Assembly (NCBI GenBank): GCA_963841435.1
Contig: CAWJCS010000005.1
Span: 992,001-1,056,000, forward strand
Source: an uncultured delta proteobacterium
GTDB taxonomy: Bacteria > Myxococcota_A > Polyangia > Polyangiales > Polyangiaceae
DNA: 64,000 bases
Direction: 5' to 3'
Shown here: positions 9,758 to 17,859 of the stretch, in pieces
Layout of the letters: each line of letters opens with the position of its first letter
How positions within the stretch are numbered: position 1 is the stretch's first letter
Program-made: the position numbers and the translations under genes
The notes under the pieces: generated by a model
What the model was told of the DNA's origin: nothing
Seen by the model: only the letters and a program-made list of their open reading frames with translations
Databases searched by the model: none

Positions 9758-10549
9758 ATGCTCGTTTCCTGCCTCGCCGTCCTTCTCTTCGCGGGCTCCG
9801 CGCTCGCTGCGGGGCGCGTGCAATGGAAGAGTAAATCCTTCAAGGAGCGCAGCGACAAGGCGTGGATGCTGGAGCTTGCCATCTACCTGCCGCGCGCCCC
9901 GGACGTAGCGTACGTTCCGATGAAGTTCGAGTTCGAGCTCATCACCTACTTCGAGCGCGCTCTGCTCGACGGTCACGACGGCCCCGTGGAAAACAAGACG
10001 CCCATCAACGGCCGGCAACCGCTGATCGAGAGCGTGGACGTGGGCTTCATGGACGCGAGCACCTCGAACATCGAGAAGCGAACGCGCTTCAGCTTCAAGG
10101 TGAAGCGCGACCTCGGCTACGAGGCCGGCGAGTACAAGGTGACGATCCGCGACACGCGCAACGGGCAGGTCGTGGGCTCTCCGACGACCATCACGTTCGA
10201 CGGCGAGAACAACGTCATCAATCGGCGCTCGATCGTGTTCCAGGGCGACGACGGCAAGAAGAAGAAGAAGAAGGACAAGCCGAAGGACGAGGGCGCCTCC
10301 GACGACGAGAACAAGGACAGCGCCTCGGCTGACTCCGAGAAGAAGTCCGACGAAGGTTCGGGCGAGGGCTCGGACGACGGGGCGAGCGACGAAGGCTCGG
10401 ACAACTCCGGCGGTGACGACCCCCCGCCCGTCGAGAAGAAGAGCGGCTGCGGTTGCCGCGTGCCCGGCTCGCCGGGGTCAAAGGCTCCGGGCGGCGTGCT
10501 CGCGCTCGGCCTGGCGGCGGCGTTCCTCGCGCGTCGGCGGACTCGCTAG
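9758..10549 (+). CDS. MYXO-CTERM-sorted surface protein
   Basis: Signal h-region, acidic linker and C-terminal KSGCGCRVPG...LALGLAAAFLARRR. The true start may be TTG 9725 (see findings). Confidence 0.85.
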   Translation: MLVSCLAVLLFAGSALAAGRVQWKSKSFKERSDKAWMLELAIYLPRAPDVAYVPMKFEFELITYFERALLDGHDGPVENKTPINGRQPLIESVDVGFMDASTSNIEKRTRFSFKVKRDLGYEAGEYKVTIRDTRNGQVVGSPTTITFDGENNVINRRSIVFQGDDGKKKKKKDKPKDEGASDDENKDSASADSEKKSDEGSGEGSDDGASDEGSDNSGGDDPPPVEKKSGCGCRVPGSPGSKAPGGVLALGLAAAFLARRRTR

Positions 10550-10609
10550 CGCTGCTAGGCTCGATGCGTCCGGACGTCGCGGTCGCCGACCGACGCCGCA
10601 AGAGCCCAC

Positions 10610-11363
10610 ATGATTCCGATCAGCGACGACAACCCGACGCTCCGTTTTCCACTCGTGACGACCGGGCTGCTCGTCGCGCTCGGCGCGGTCTGGGTGCTCG
10701 TCCAGGGCGCCGGGTTCAGCGAGGCCGCGCTGAGCGCGAGCGTTTGCAACCTCGGCCTCGTGCCGGGAGAGCTCACGAAGCTCGCCCCGCTCGGCACCGC
10801 CATCCCGCTCGATCGTTCGCACGTCTGCGTCGTCAACAACGAGGCCATCAACGTGCTGACGCCCCTCACGTCGATGTTCCTGCACGGTAGCTGGGGTCAC
10901 CTGCTCGGCAACGCGCTGTTTCTGTGGGTCTTCGGCAACAACGTCGAGGACAGCATGGGGCGCTCTCGCTTCCTGGTCTTTTACCTGGTGTGCGGGCTCG
11001 CGGCCGCGGCGGCGCAGGTCGCGATGTCGCCCGCGTCGCCCGTGCCGATGGTCGGAGCTTCGGGGGCCATCTCCGGCGTGCTCGGCGGCTACCTCGTGCT
11101 CTATCCGCGCGTCAGGGTGAACATCCTCTTCATCCTCATCATCTTCATTCGCGTCATCAAGCTACCGGCCTACCTGGTGCTGCTCTGGTGGATCGGCCTT
11201 CAGCTCCTGACTGCGACGTTCCGGCGTCGAGTCCGGCGTCGCCGTCTGGGCGCACATCGGGGGGTTCGCTGCCGGGCTCGTCCTCGTCAAGTTCTTCGAA
11301 AATCCCGCGCTCGTCCACGAGCGCGATCGCGTCCGGCACCGCCTGCATCCCGGCTATCCCTGA
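10610..11363 (+). pseudogene. Rhomboid intramembrane serine protease, frameshifted near 11210-11225 (real lesion or sequence error)
   Basis: Frame 1 has MIPISDDNP, SMFLHGSWGHLLGN and GASGAI. The catalytic-His segment GVAVWAHIGGFAAG...HPGYP* is in the +1 frame, with stop at 11361-11363. Confidence 0.85.
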
Positions 11364-11387
11364 AGCGCGCCCAGGCGCGCCCCCCGG

Positions 11388-12620
11388 TCACTCCGTGAGG
11401 TGCATCCACGTTTCGCAGTCGAAGGCGGGAGCGTTTGGGTCCTTCGCCGAGGGCAGGAAGATGCGCCCCGGTGCTTCGCCGATAGGCGGAATCGAGTGGC
11501 AGGCGCCGCAATTGCCGGCGGGGGGCGGGCAGGGCATCTCGATGCGCTCGCCCCGATACTCGAGGGCCACGCGAAAGCCCTCTGGGAGCGGCGTGAGGGT
11601 GTAAAAGTTGCCGACGGCGTTCGTCGTCAGCTTCTCGACGAGCATCTCGTCGGGTGCCATCAGCATCACACTCACGCCGGGCACGCCCTGGCTCGTGGCC
11701 GCGTCGCGTGAGGGAAAGACGGTGCCGGCCGCGCTCCAGCGAGGGGCCGTGGGGTACTCCGAGTGCTCGGCGTGGCAGCGCAGGCAGTCGTCGCCGGGCT
11801 GCATCGTCGGGCCCACCATGAAGCCGAAATCGTCCTTGGCGTCGCTCGCGCAACCGGTCGCGAGCGACGCGAGCGCCATCAGTGCCACGACCCAGCGCTG
11901 CCTCACCCAGCGCGACACGGCCTCTGCCGCCCGCGCGACGGCGTCCGGCTCGCGAAACGACTCGCACACCTCGTCGAAGGAGGCACCGCGCGCGGCTCGT
12001 TCGAGGGCCACGGCTTCGTCCTCGGACAGCGGCTCGTGCGTGACGCCGAAGCGCCGCCGCCACACGGCCACCGCGATGCGCCGTGTTTTGCCGGCGCCGC
12101 TCGCCGGATCGCGAAATAGCTCGAGCGCGCGCTCGGACACTTCGAGCCGCCTGAGGTCCGGCGAAAGGGCGAGCCGCTTCGACGGCGCGTCCGGCTCCGC
12201 AAAGTCCTCCGCGCGCGCCGCGGACTCCGCATCGGGCGCGATCAGCGCATCGAGCCGCGCCCACTCGAGCCGTGCCAGGTCGATGATTGCATCCCCGGGG
12301 CGCTCGGCGTCGGGAAGCTCGGCGAGAAATGCCGCGAAGCGTTCGCCCACCCGTTCGATGGCGGGCGAGCGCGACGGGTGACGCATGAGGTACCCGACGC
12401 CGAGCGTCTCGAAGCGTTCGGCTCCGACGCACTCGACGACGCGCTCGAACGTCTCCCGCAGCACGCCGAGCTTGCGCGTCACGAGCGCCGAGCGATAGAT
12501 ACCGAGCCGCTCGGCGGCCGTGAGGCGACCGCCCGAAACGACGTGCTCCTCGGGAGCCGGGGGCGGCTCGGACGCGTGCAGCGTCTCCCAGAGCCACGTT
12601 TCACGCTGCGAAAGTCGCAC
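11388..12620 (-). CDS. DUF2063 (BufC/HvfC-type MNIO partner) fused in frame to a lipobox and a diheme cytochrome c domain
   Basis: ERLGIYR...RETF...YLMRHPSRS...GERFAAFL...DLARLEWA, then VVALMALASLATGC, CLRCH and CGACH with no intervening stop. Confidence 0.85.
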   Translation of the reverse strand: MRLSQRETWLWETLHASEPPPAPEEHVVSGGRLTAAERLGIYRSALVTRKLGVLRETFERVVECVGAERFETLGVGYLMRHPSRSPAIERVGERFAAFLAELPDAERPGDAIIDLARLEWARLDALIAPDAESAARAEDFAEPDAPSKRLALSPDLRRLEVSERALELFRDPASGAGKTRRIAVAVWRRRFGVTHEPLSEDEAVALERAARGASFDEVCESFREPDAVARAAEAVSRWVRQRWVVALMALASLATGCASDAKDDFGFMVGPTMQPGDDCLRCHAEHSEYPTAPRWSAAGTVFPSRDAATSQGVPGVSVMLMAPDEMLVEKLTTNAVGNFYTLTPLPEGFRVALEYRGERIEMPCPPPAGNCGACHSIPPIGEAPGRIFLPSAKDPNAPAFDCETWMHLTE

Positions 12621-13434
12621 CCAGCACCTCGCTTTCCACCGCCTTTACCCGCTCCATTTCCTGCTCGAGCTCCTCGAGGGTCGGCACGTTGTCGTCCCAC
12701 TCGACGATCGCCGGCACGCGACCGAAGCGCCTGAGCACGTGCCGGTAGAGCTCCATGACGGCGTCCGGGACGCGCGAACCGTGGTCGTCGATCGCGTGGG
12801 TTCCGTGGTCGGTGTGGCCGGCGAGATGAAGCTGGCGCACCCGCTCGACGGGCAGCGTCGCGACGAAATCGGTGGGCGAGAGCCCGTGGTTCTTGGCGTT
12901 GACGATCACGTTGTTCACGTCGAGGAGAATGAAGCAGTCCGCGCGCTCGGCGACGGCGCCGAGAAACGCCGCTTCACCGAGCTCGTTTTCCGGGAACTCG
13001 AGATAAGTCGAGACGTTCTCGACGAGGATGCGCTCACCCAGACGGTCCTGGACCCTCTGGATGCGCGCTGCCACGTGCACGAGCGCCTCCTCCGTGCGCG
13101 GCAACGGCCAGAGATCGTGGGCGTAGTGGCCGCGCTCGGTGCCGAAGCACAAATGATCCGAGACGAAGGCCGCGTCGATGCTCCGCCGCAACCGCGCGAG
13201 CTCGTCGAGGTAGCCGTCATTCAGGGGATCGACACCCCCGAGCGACAGGGAGACTCCGTGCAACGCCACGTCGGAGTCGCGGCGCACGCGTTCCAAAACG
13301 GCGCGAGGCCGTCCGCCTCGCCAAAGGAAGTTCTCCGTCACCACCTCGACGAGCCCGGCGGGCGAGCCGCGCTCGAGGAGCTCGGTGTAGTGGGGCACCC
13401 TCAGGCCGTAGCCATGGTGCCCGCCGTCCCGCAT
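12601..13434 (-). CDS. DUF692 family multinuclear non-heme iron oxidative enzyme (MNIO; BufB/HvfB/MbnB/TglH family)
   Basis: GLRVPHY, LHGVSLSLGG, SDHLCF, VENVSTY, LLDVNNVIVN, LHLAGH, IDDH, EWDD; the ATG overlaps the precursor stop (TGATG). Confidence 0.95.
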   Translation of the reverse strand: MRDGGHHGYGLRVPHYTELLERGSPAGLVEVVTENFLWRGGRPRAVLERVRRDSDVALHGVSLSLGGVDPLNDGYLDELARLRRSIDAAFVSDHLCFGTERGHYAHDLWPLPRTEEALVHVAARIQRVQDRLGERILVENVSTYLEFPENELGEAAFLGAVAERADCFILLDVNNVIVNAKNHGLSPTDFVATLPVERVRQLHLAGHTDHGTHAIDDHGSRVPDAVMELYRHVLRRFGRVPAIVEWDDNVPTLEELEQEMERVKAVESEVLGATFAA

Positions 13435-13709
13435 CAGCTCTGAACCGTACCGCCGAGCGCCTCGCAATCGGCCGCGGTCTTCGTGTAGGCCCAGCCCATG
13501 CCCATGCACTCGTTCAAGCCCTTGCACTCGTTGCTGCTCGGACCGCCGGCGCACTCGCTCATGCCGGCGCACTCGTTGCCGCCCAGGCACTTGACCTGCT
13601 GCGCAGCGGTGCCCGTGGGCTCGTCATCGCTGCCAGAACAACCCGTCATGACCAAAAGGCCTGCCACCGCGGCCGCGACGGCCGCACCCTTTCGGAGCTC
13701 TCGATGCAT
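13434..13709 (-). CDS. Cys-rich RiPP precursor lipoprotein (bufferin BufA2-like)
   Basis: Lipobox MTGC24; core KCLGGNECAGMSECAGGPSSNECKGLNECMGMGW...DCEALGG; directly upstream of and coupled to DUF692. Confidence 0.85.
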   Translation of the reverse strand: MHRELRKGAAVAAAVAGLLVMTGCSGSDDEPTGTAAQQVKCLGGNECAGMSECAGGPSSNECKGLNECMGMGWAYTKTAADCEALGGTVQS

Positions 13710-13737
13710 GGTGAACCTGCTTTGGATGCCGGGATCG

Positions 13738-13805
13738 CGAGCAGCGAAAGCGCTGCTCGAACCGACACCGCGCGTTCCCTATGGCAGCCGTTCGCGAGCG
13801 GTTAC
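13738..13805 (-). promoter_or_regulatory. Candidate ECF-sigma promoter GTAACC-N16-CATA and a perfect 9-bp 5'-UTR hairpin for the MNIO operon
   Basis: Minus strand: GTAACC at 13805-13800, CATA at 13783-13780; hairpin CGAGCAGCG-N4-CGCTGCTCG at 13738-13759. Confidence 0.4.
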
Positions 13806-13922
13806 CGGGGCGGCGACGAGTACCGCGTTTTCCTGCCAATCGAGCGGAATTGAAGCCAAATTCGGCGACGATTCCTGCGCGTGGCCGCCCGAGGGGCGGG
13901 GCCGGCCCCCGTTACGCGGTGC

Positions 13923-15125
13923 TCACGCGCGGCTGACCTGCTCGACGATCACCCCGATGGCCCGTTCGAGCACGTCTTCGGGCGTGAGCAGGCTCACGAC
14001 GGCATGCGGCGGACCGATGAAATCGAAGAAATACCCCGGCTGCACGAGGACCCCCTTCGCGAGGAAAAGGAGCGACCACTCCTCGTCGCTCAGGGTCGCG
14101 GGCAAGCGCAACACGGCATACCAGCCGCCCTCGACAGGCAGCACCGAGATCGGAGACCCCGCGCACGCCGCGGCGAGTTGGGCGACGTTTCGCGCGGAGC
14201 GCGCGCGGATGGCGTCCCGCGCGGTGCCCCGCGACGCGAGCAGGGCCGGCAGGGCGCGCTGCACGGCCGTCCCCGGCGAAAGAAACGTGTCGGCAACGAC
14301 CTCGAGCCGGGCGAGCGCTTGCTCGACGAGGGGGGCTTCGCCGCCGAGCGTCATCCAGGCAAGCTTTGCCTGCGGCAGCGCCGCCACCTTGGAGAGCCCG
14401 TCGAGCGCCACCGTCAGGAGCCCCGCTGATTCGAGCGCGGATTTCGCGCGCCGCGGGTCGTCGCCGAGCGCGTACTCGCCGAATACCTCGTCGGAGATCA
14501 ACGGCAGACCGAGCGCGCCGAGGCGTTCGAGCCCGGCTCGGTCGAGGAAGCTGCCCGTGGGGTTGTTCGGGCTCACCACGACGATGGCGCGGGCGCGTGG
14601 GGTGCGGACGCGCTCGACCTCCGCTACGTCGAGAAACCAGGCGCCGTCGAAGCCCAGGCGGTACGTCATCGGCGTGACGCCCTCGAGGCGCGCGAGATGC
14701 TCGAACAGCGGATAGCTCGGCGCCGGCACGAGCACCTCGTCGCCCGGGTCGCAGAAGAGCTTGAACGCGTAGGCGTACGCTTCGCTCGTGCTCGCCGTGA
14801 GCACCACGTGCCCGGGGTCCACGGCGAGACCGCGCTCGCGCCACAGCGTCGCCACGGCGTCGCGCGCCGTCGCGAGCCCGAACGGCGCCGGCTCGTACGC
14901 GAGGTCCGTCGCGGCCTCGGCGAGCGCAACGCGCGTGGCCTGGGCGTACGGGATGCCTGCCTCGGTGGGATTGGACACCGTGAGATCCGAGAGCGGTAAA
15001 GCGCGCCCTCGCGCGGCGGCGAGCGCGACCGCGAGGCGATTGGGAGCGAGCTCGACGGCGCTCCGTTGCGAAAACGGGCCCGTTTCAGCAGCGGGCGGGG
15101 GTGCCCCGCGGTCGGAACGCGTCAC
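13923..15125 (-). CDS. PLP-dependent aminotransferase, class I/II
   Basis: DLTVSNPT, TASTSEAY, PSYPLF, SPNNPTG, ISDEVF, GLSK (PLP Lys), VQPGYFF. Confidence 0.9.
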   Translation of the reverse strand: MTRSDRGAPPPAAETGPFSQRSAVELAPNRLAVALAAARGRALPLSDLTVSNPTEAGIPYAQATRVALAEAATDLAYEPAPFGLATARDAVATLWRERGLAVDPGHVVLTASTSEAYAYAFKLFCDPGDEVLVPAPSYPLFEHLARLEGVTPMTYRLGFDGAWFLDVAEVERVRTPRARAIVVVSPNNPTGSFLDRAGLERLGALGLPLISDEVFGEYALGDDPRRAKSALESAGLLTVALDGLSKVAALPQAKLAWMTLGGEAPLVEQALARLEVVADTFLSPGTAVQRALPALLASRGTARDAIRARSARNVAQLAAACAGSPISVLPVEGGWYAVLRLPATLSDEEWSLLFLAKGVLVQPGYFFDFIGPPHAVVSLLTPEDVLERAIGVIVEQVSRA

Positions 15126-16318
15126 TCGCCCCCACCGAGCTCGGCGACGAGAGCGCGCGCGAGCACGCGAAAGTCCTCGAGGTCGTTGTAGAGCGCCGCC
15201 GAAACGCGCAAGAGCTGCGCGGGCGGGCTCGGCCAGTGAATGACGAGCGTCTGGATGCGGTGTCGCTCGTAGAGCTGCGAGTAGAGCGGCTCCGCGAAAG
15301 CCCAGCCGGGCGGCGCCACCACCTCGCGCGCGTCAGGGAGCTGGACGGCGGCGAGCGAGCCGACCATCGATTCGGGGCACACCGGCGAGCCACCGACGGC
15401 CTCGATGATGAGCTCGCGCGCGCCGAGCGCAAGATCGCGATTGTGCGCTCGCACGGCGGGCCAGCCTCCCGAAAGGAGCCCCCCGACGTGGTCGAGCACG
15501 AACGGCAGGGAAAGGATGCCGCTCGCGTCCTTGGTGCCGACCCAGTCGAACTCGAGCTGGAAGCGACTGCGATCGGTGCGGGGCGAGCTCGCTCCGTGGC
15601 TGATGACGAGCGGGCGCTGCGCCGCTTGCCGCTCGCGCGACACCCAGAGAAACGCGGTCCCCTTCGGCGCGCAGCACCACTTGTGGAAATTCCCGGTGTA
15701 GTAGTCGACACCGAGCGCGCCGAGGTCGAGGGGCAGCATACCCGGCGCGTGCGCGCCGTCGATCAGCGTGGCGATGCCGCGCGCGCGGAGCGCCTGGGCG
15801 AGCTCGGCGACGGGGAACACGAGTCCCGTGGGGCTCGTCACGTGATCCAAGAGCGCGAGGCGCGTCTTTTCGCTGACCGCGGCGAGCACGGCGTCGACCA
15901 CCTCGGCCGGGTCGGTGAGCGGGAACGGCACGCGCGAAACGACGACACGAGCACCGGCGCGTTCCGCGAAGTGGGCGGCCGCATTGTTGCAGGCGTTGTA
16001 GCCGTGGTTCGTCACCACGATCTCGTCGCCCGGTGCGAGCGGAAAGCTCCCGAGCACCGTGCTCACGCCGCTCGTCGTGTTGTCGACGAACACGAGATCG
16101 CGCGGGTCGGCCCCCACGAAGCGCGCTGCCGCAACGCGCGCCGCGTCGAGCCCGGGCTCGAGCTCGTGCATGACGAAGTGCACGGGATCGTGCTCGAAGC
16201 GCTCGGCAAGGCCCGCGGCGTGCTCGAGGACGGCGCGCGGGCAGGCTCCGAACGACCCGTGGTTGAGAAAAACCAGCTCCGGATCGAGCAGAAATCGGGG
16301 CGCGAGGTGGCTTGGCAT
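15122..16318 (-). CDS. Class V PLP enzyme (isopenicillin-N epimerase / cysteine desulfhydrase / EgtE-like)
   Basis: FLNHGSFGACP, DHVTSPTG, IDGAHAPG, GNFHKW, WVGTKD, RVSAALYN. Confidence 0.9.
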   Translation of the reverse strand: MPSHLAPRFLLDPELVFLNHGSFGACPRAVLEHAAGLAERFEHDPVHFVMHELEPGLDAARVAAARFVGADPRDLVFVDNTTSGVSTVLGSFPLAPGDEIVVTNHGYNACNNAAAHFAERAGARVVVSRVPFPLTDPAEVVDAVLAAVSEKTRLALLDHVTSPTGLVFPVAELAQALRARGIATLIDGAHAPGMLPLDLGALGVDYYTGNFHKWCCAPKGTAFLWVSRERQAAQRPLVISHGASSPRTDRSRFQLEFDWVGTKDASGILSLPFVLDHVGGLLSGGWPAVRAHNRDLALGARELIIEAVGGSPVCPESMVGSLAAVQLPDAREVVAPPGWAFAEPLYSQLYERHRIQTLVIHWPSPPAQLLRVSAALYNDLEDFRVLARALVAELGGGE

Positions 16319-16356
16319 GCGAAGCGCGGCGCTACCACGGTACACTCCTTCGAACC

Positions 16357-17358
16357 ATGGGTCCGCTCGACAAGGAATGGCCGAACTTCGACGCCATGCC
16401 GGAAGACGACGCCCTCACCCGGGCGCGTCCCCGCGGCCAGAAGCTCGCGCGCTGGGTGTGGTGGGACGGGGATTTGCGCGAGGCGGACCAGCTCAGCGTC
16501 CACTACTACGCCAACGCCCTTCACTACGGCACCGCCGCGTTCGAAGGCATCCGGGTCTACCCGAGCGAGCACGGTCCCGTGCTCGTGCGCCTGCGCGACC
16601 ACCTCGAGCGCCTGCTCATCTCGGCGCGCCTGTACGGCATGCGCGTCCCATTCGACGTCGAGGCACTCGCGCGCGGCGCCATCGAGGTCACGCGCAAGAA
16701 CGGCACCGTGAACGGCTACCTACGCCCCCTCGCCTACTACGGCGAAGGACCCATCGACCTGAAACCGAAGCTCGAGTGCAAGGTCCACGCGTTCGTGGCC
16801 GTGCGCGAGCTCGGCACGTTCCTGGGCGACGACGCGCTCCGAAACGGCGTCCGCGTCATGGTCTCGAGCTACCGCAAGATCCACCATTCGATGCTGCCCA
16901 CCATGGCAAAGGCGAGCGGCCACTACGCCAACAACGTGCTCGCCGCCCACGAGGCGCTCGATCACGGCTTCGACGACGCCATCCTGCTCAACCACGACGG
17001 CAGCGTGGCGTGTGCCACCGGCTGCAACGTGTTCTTCGTCAAGAACGGCAAGCTCTTCACGAACGACGAGACGAGCTCCATCGTGCCCGGCATCACCCGC
17101 GACTGCGTGTTCGATCTCGCCGCGGAGCGCGGCATCGAGATCCAGGTGCGCGCCTTCACGCGCGAGGAGCTCGAGCGTGCCGACGAAGTGTTCCTGACGG
17201 GCACGGCCGCCGAGATCACCCCCGTGCGCGAGATCGACGGCGTCAAGCTTCGCACCGGCAAGGGCACGCTCGGCGCCTGGTTCCAGCGGGCGTACTTGCG
17301 CGCCGTCACCGGTAAGGACGAGCGACGCATTGGGTGGCTTTCGCGCGTGCGTAGCTGA
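16357..17358 (+). CDS. ilvE: Branched-chain amino acid aminotransferase (class IV)
   Basis: ALHYGTAAFEGIR, YLRPL, KASGHY, GITRD, ADEVFLTGTAAEITPV. Confidence 0.9.
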   Translation: MGPLDKEWPNFDAMPEDDALTRARPRGQKLARWVWWDGDLREADQLSVHYYANALHYGTAAFEGIRVYPSEHGPVLVRLRDHLERLLISARLYGMRVPFDVEALARGAIEVTRKNGTVNGYLRPLAYYGEGPIDLKPKLECKVHAFVAVRELGTFLGDDALRNGVRVMVSSYRKIHHSMLPTMAKASGHYANNVLAAHEALDHGFDDAILLNHDGSVACATGCNVFFVKNGKLFTNDETSSIVPGITRDCVFDLAAERGIEIQVRAFTREELERADEVFLTGTAAEITPVREIDGVKLRTGKGTLGAWFQRAYLRAVTGKDERRIGWLSRVRS

Positions 17359-17416
17359 GCGGCAAGAACGCGCGGTTTTGACGCGCGACGGACGGGCGAG
17401 GTATGATGGAAACAGT

Positions 17417-17746
17417 ATGTTCGACACGCTGAGTCCGGACGAGCGCCTGTTACTTCTTCGTTTCGTCTGCGCGTTCGCCTGGACCGACCTCGTCGTCGCG
17501 CCTCGCGAGCGCGCGTTCGTCGAGCGCCTCGTGAGCCGCCTCCGGCTCGACGCGGACGACGCCGCCCAGGTGCGCGAGTGGCTCGACGTGGCGCCCGCGC
17601 CGGGCTCCGTGGACCCGAATGCCGTGCCTGCGGAACATCGCCGCGCCTTCTTCGAAAGTGTCCGCGCTCTCGTGTATGCCGACGGCAAGGTCGACCCCGA
17701 AGAGCGGGAACAGCTCGATCGCTTGCAGCGCGCGCTTTCCCCCTGA
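17417..17746 (+). CDS. TerB-like family protein
   Basis: AFAWTDLVVAPRERAFV and VYADGKVDPEEREQL, the paired TerB-type motifs. Confidence 0.75.
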   Translation: MFDTLSPDERLLLLRFVCAFAWTDLVVAPRERAFVERLVSRLRLDADDAAQVREWLDVAPAPGSVDPNAVPAEHRRAFFESVRALVYADGKVDPEEREQLDRLQRALSP

Positions 17747-17859
17747 TGCTCGCGCCCTCGGAGGCGCGATCCGAATTTCAGTGGCTCTGGATAGCTGTGC
17801 TCCGCGCGGCCGGGCGTGATTGCCGGCCGGGCCGGGTGGGCTACGATCGGAAAAGGCTT

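Noticed and set aside
13435-13590. N-terminal extension of the DUF692 ORF in the track (329 aa)
   Set aside because: It overlaps the precursor in another frame; family similarity starts at ATG 13434, which forms a TGATG coupling.
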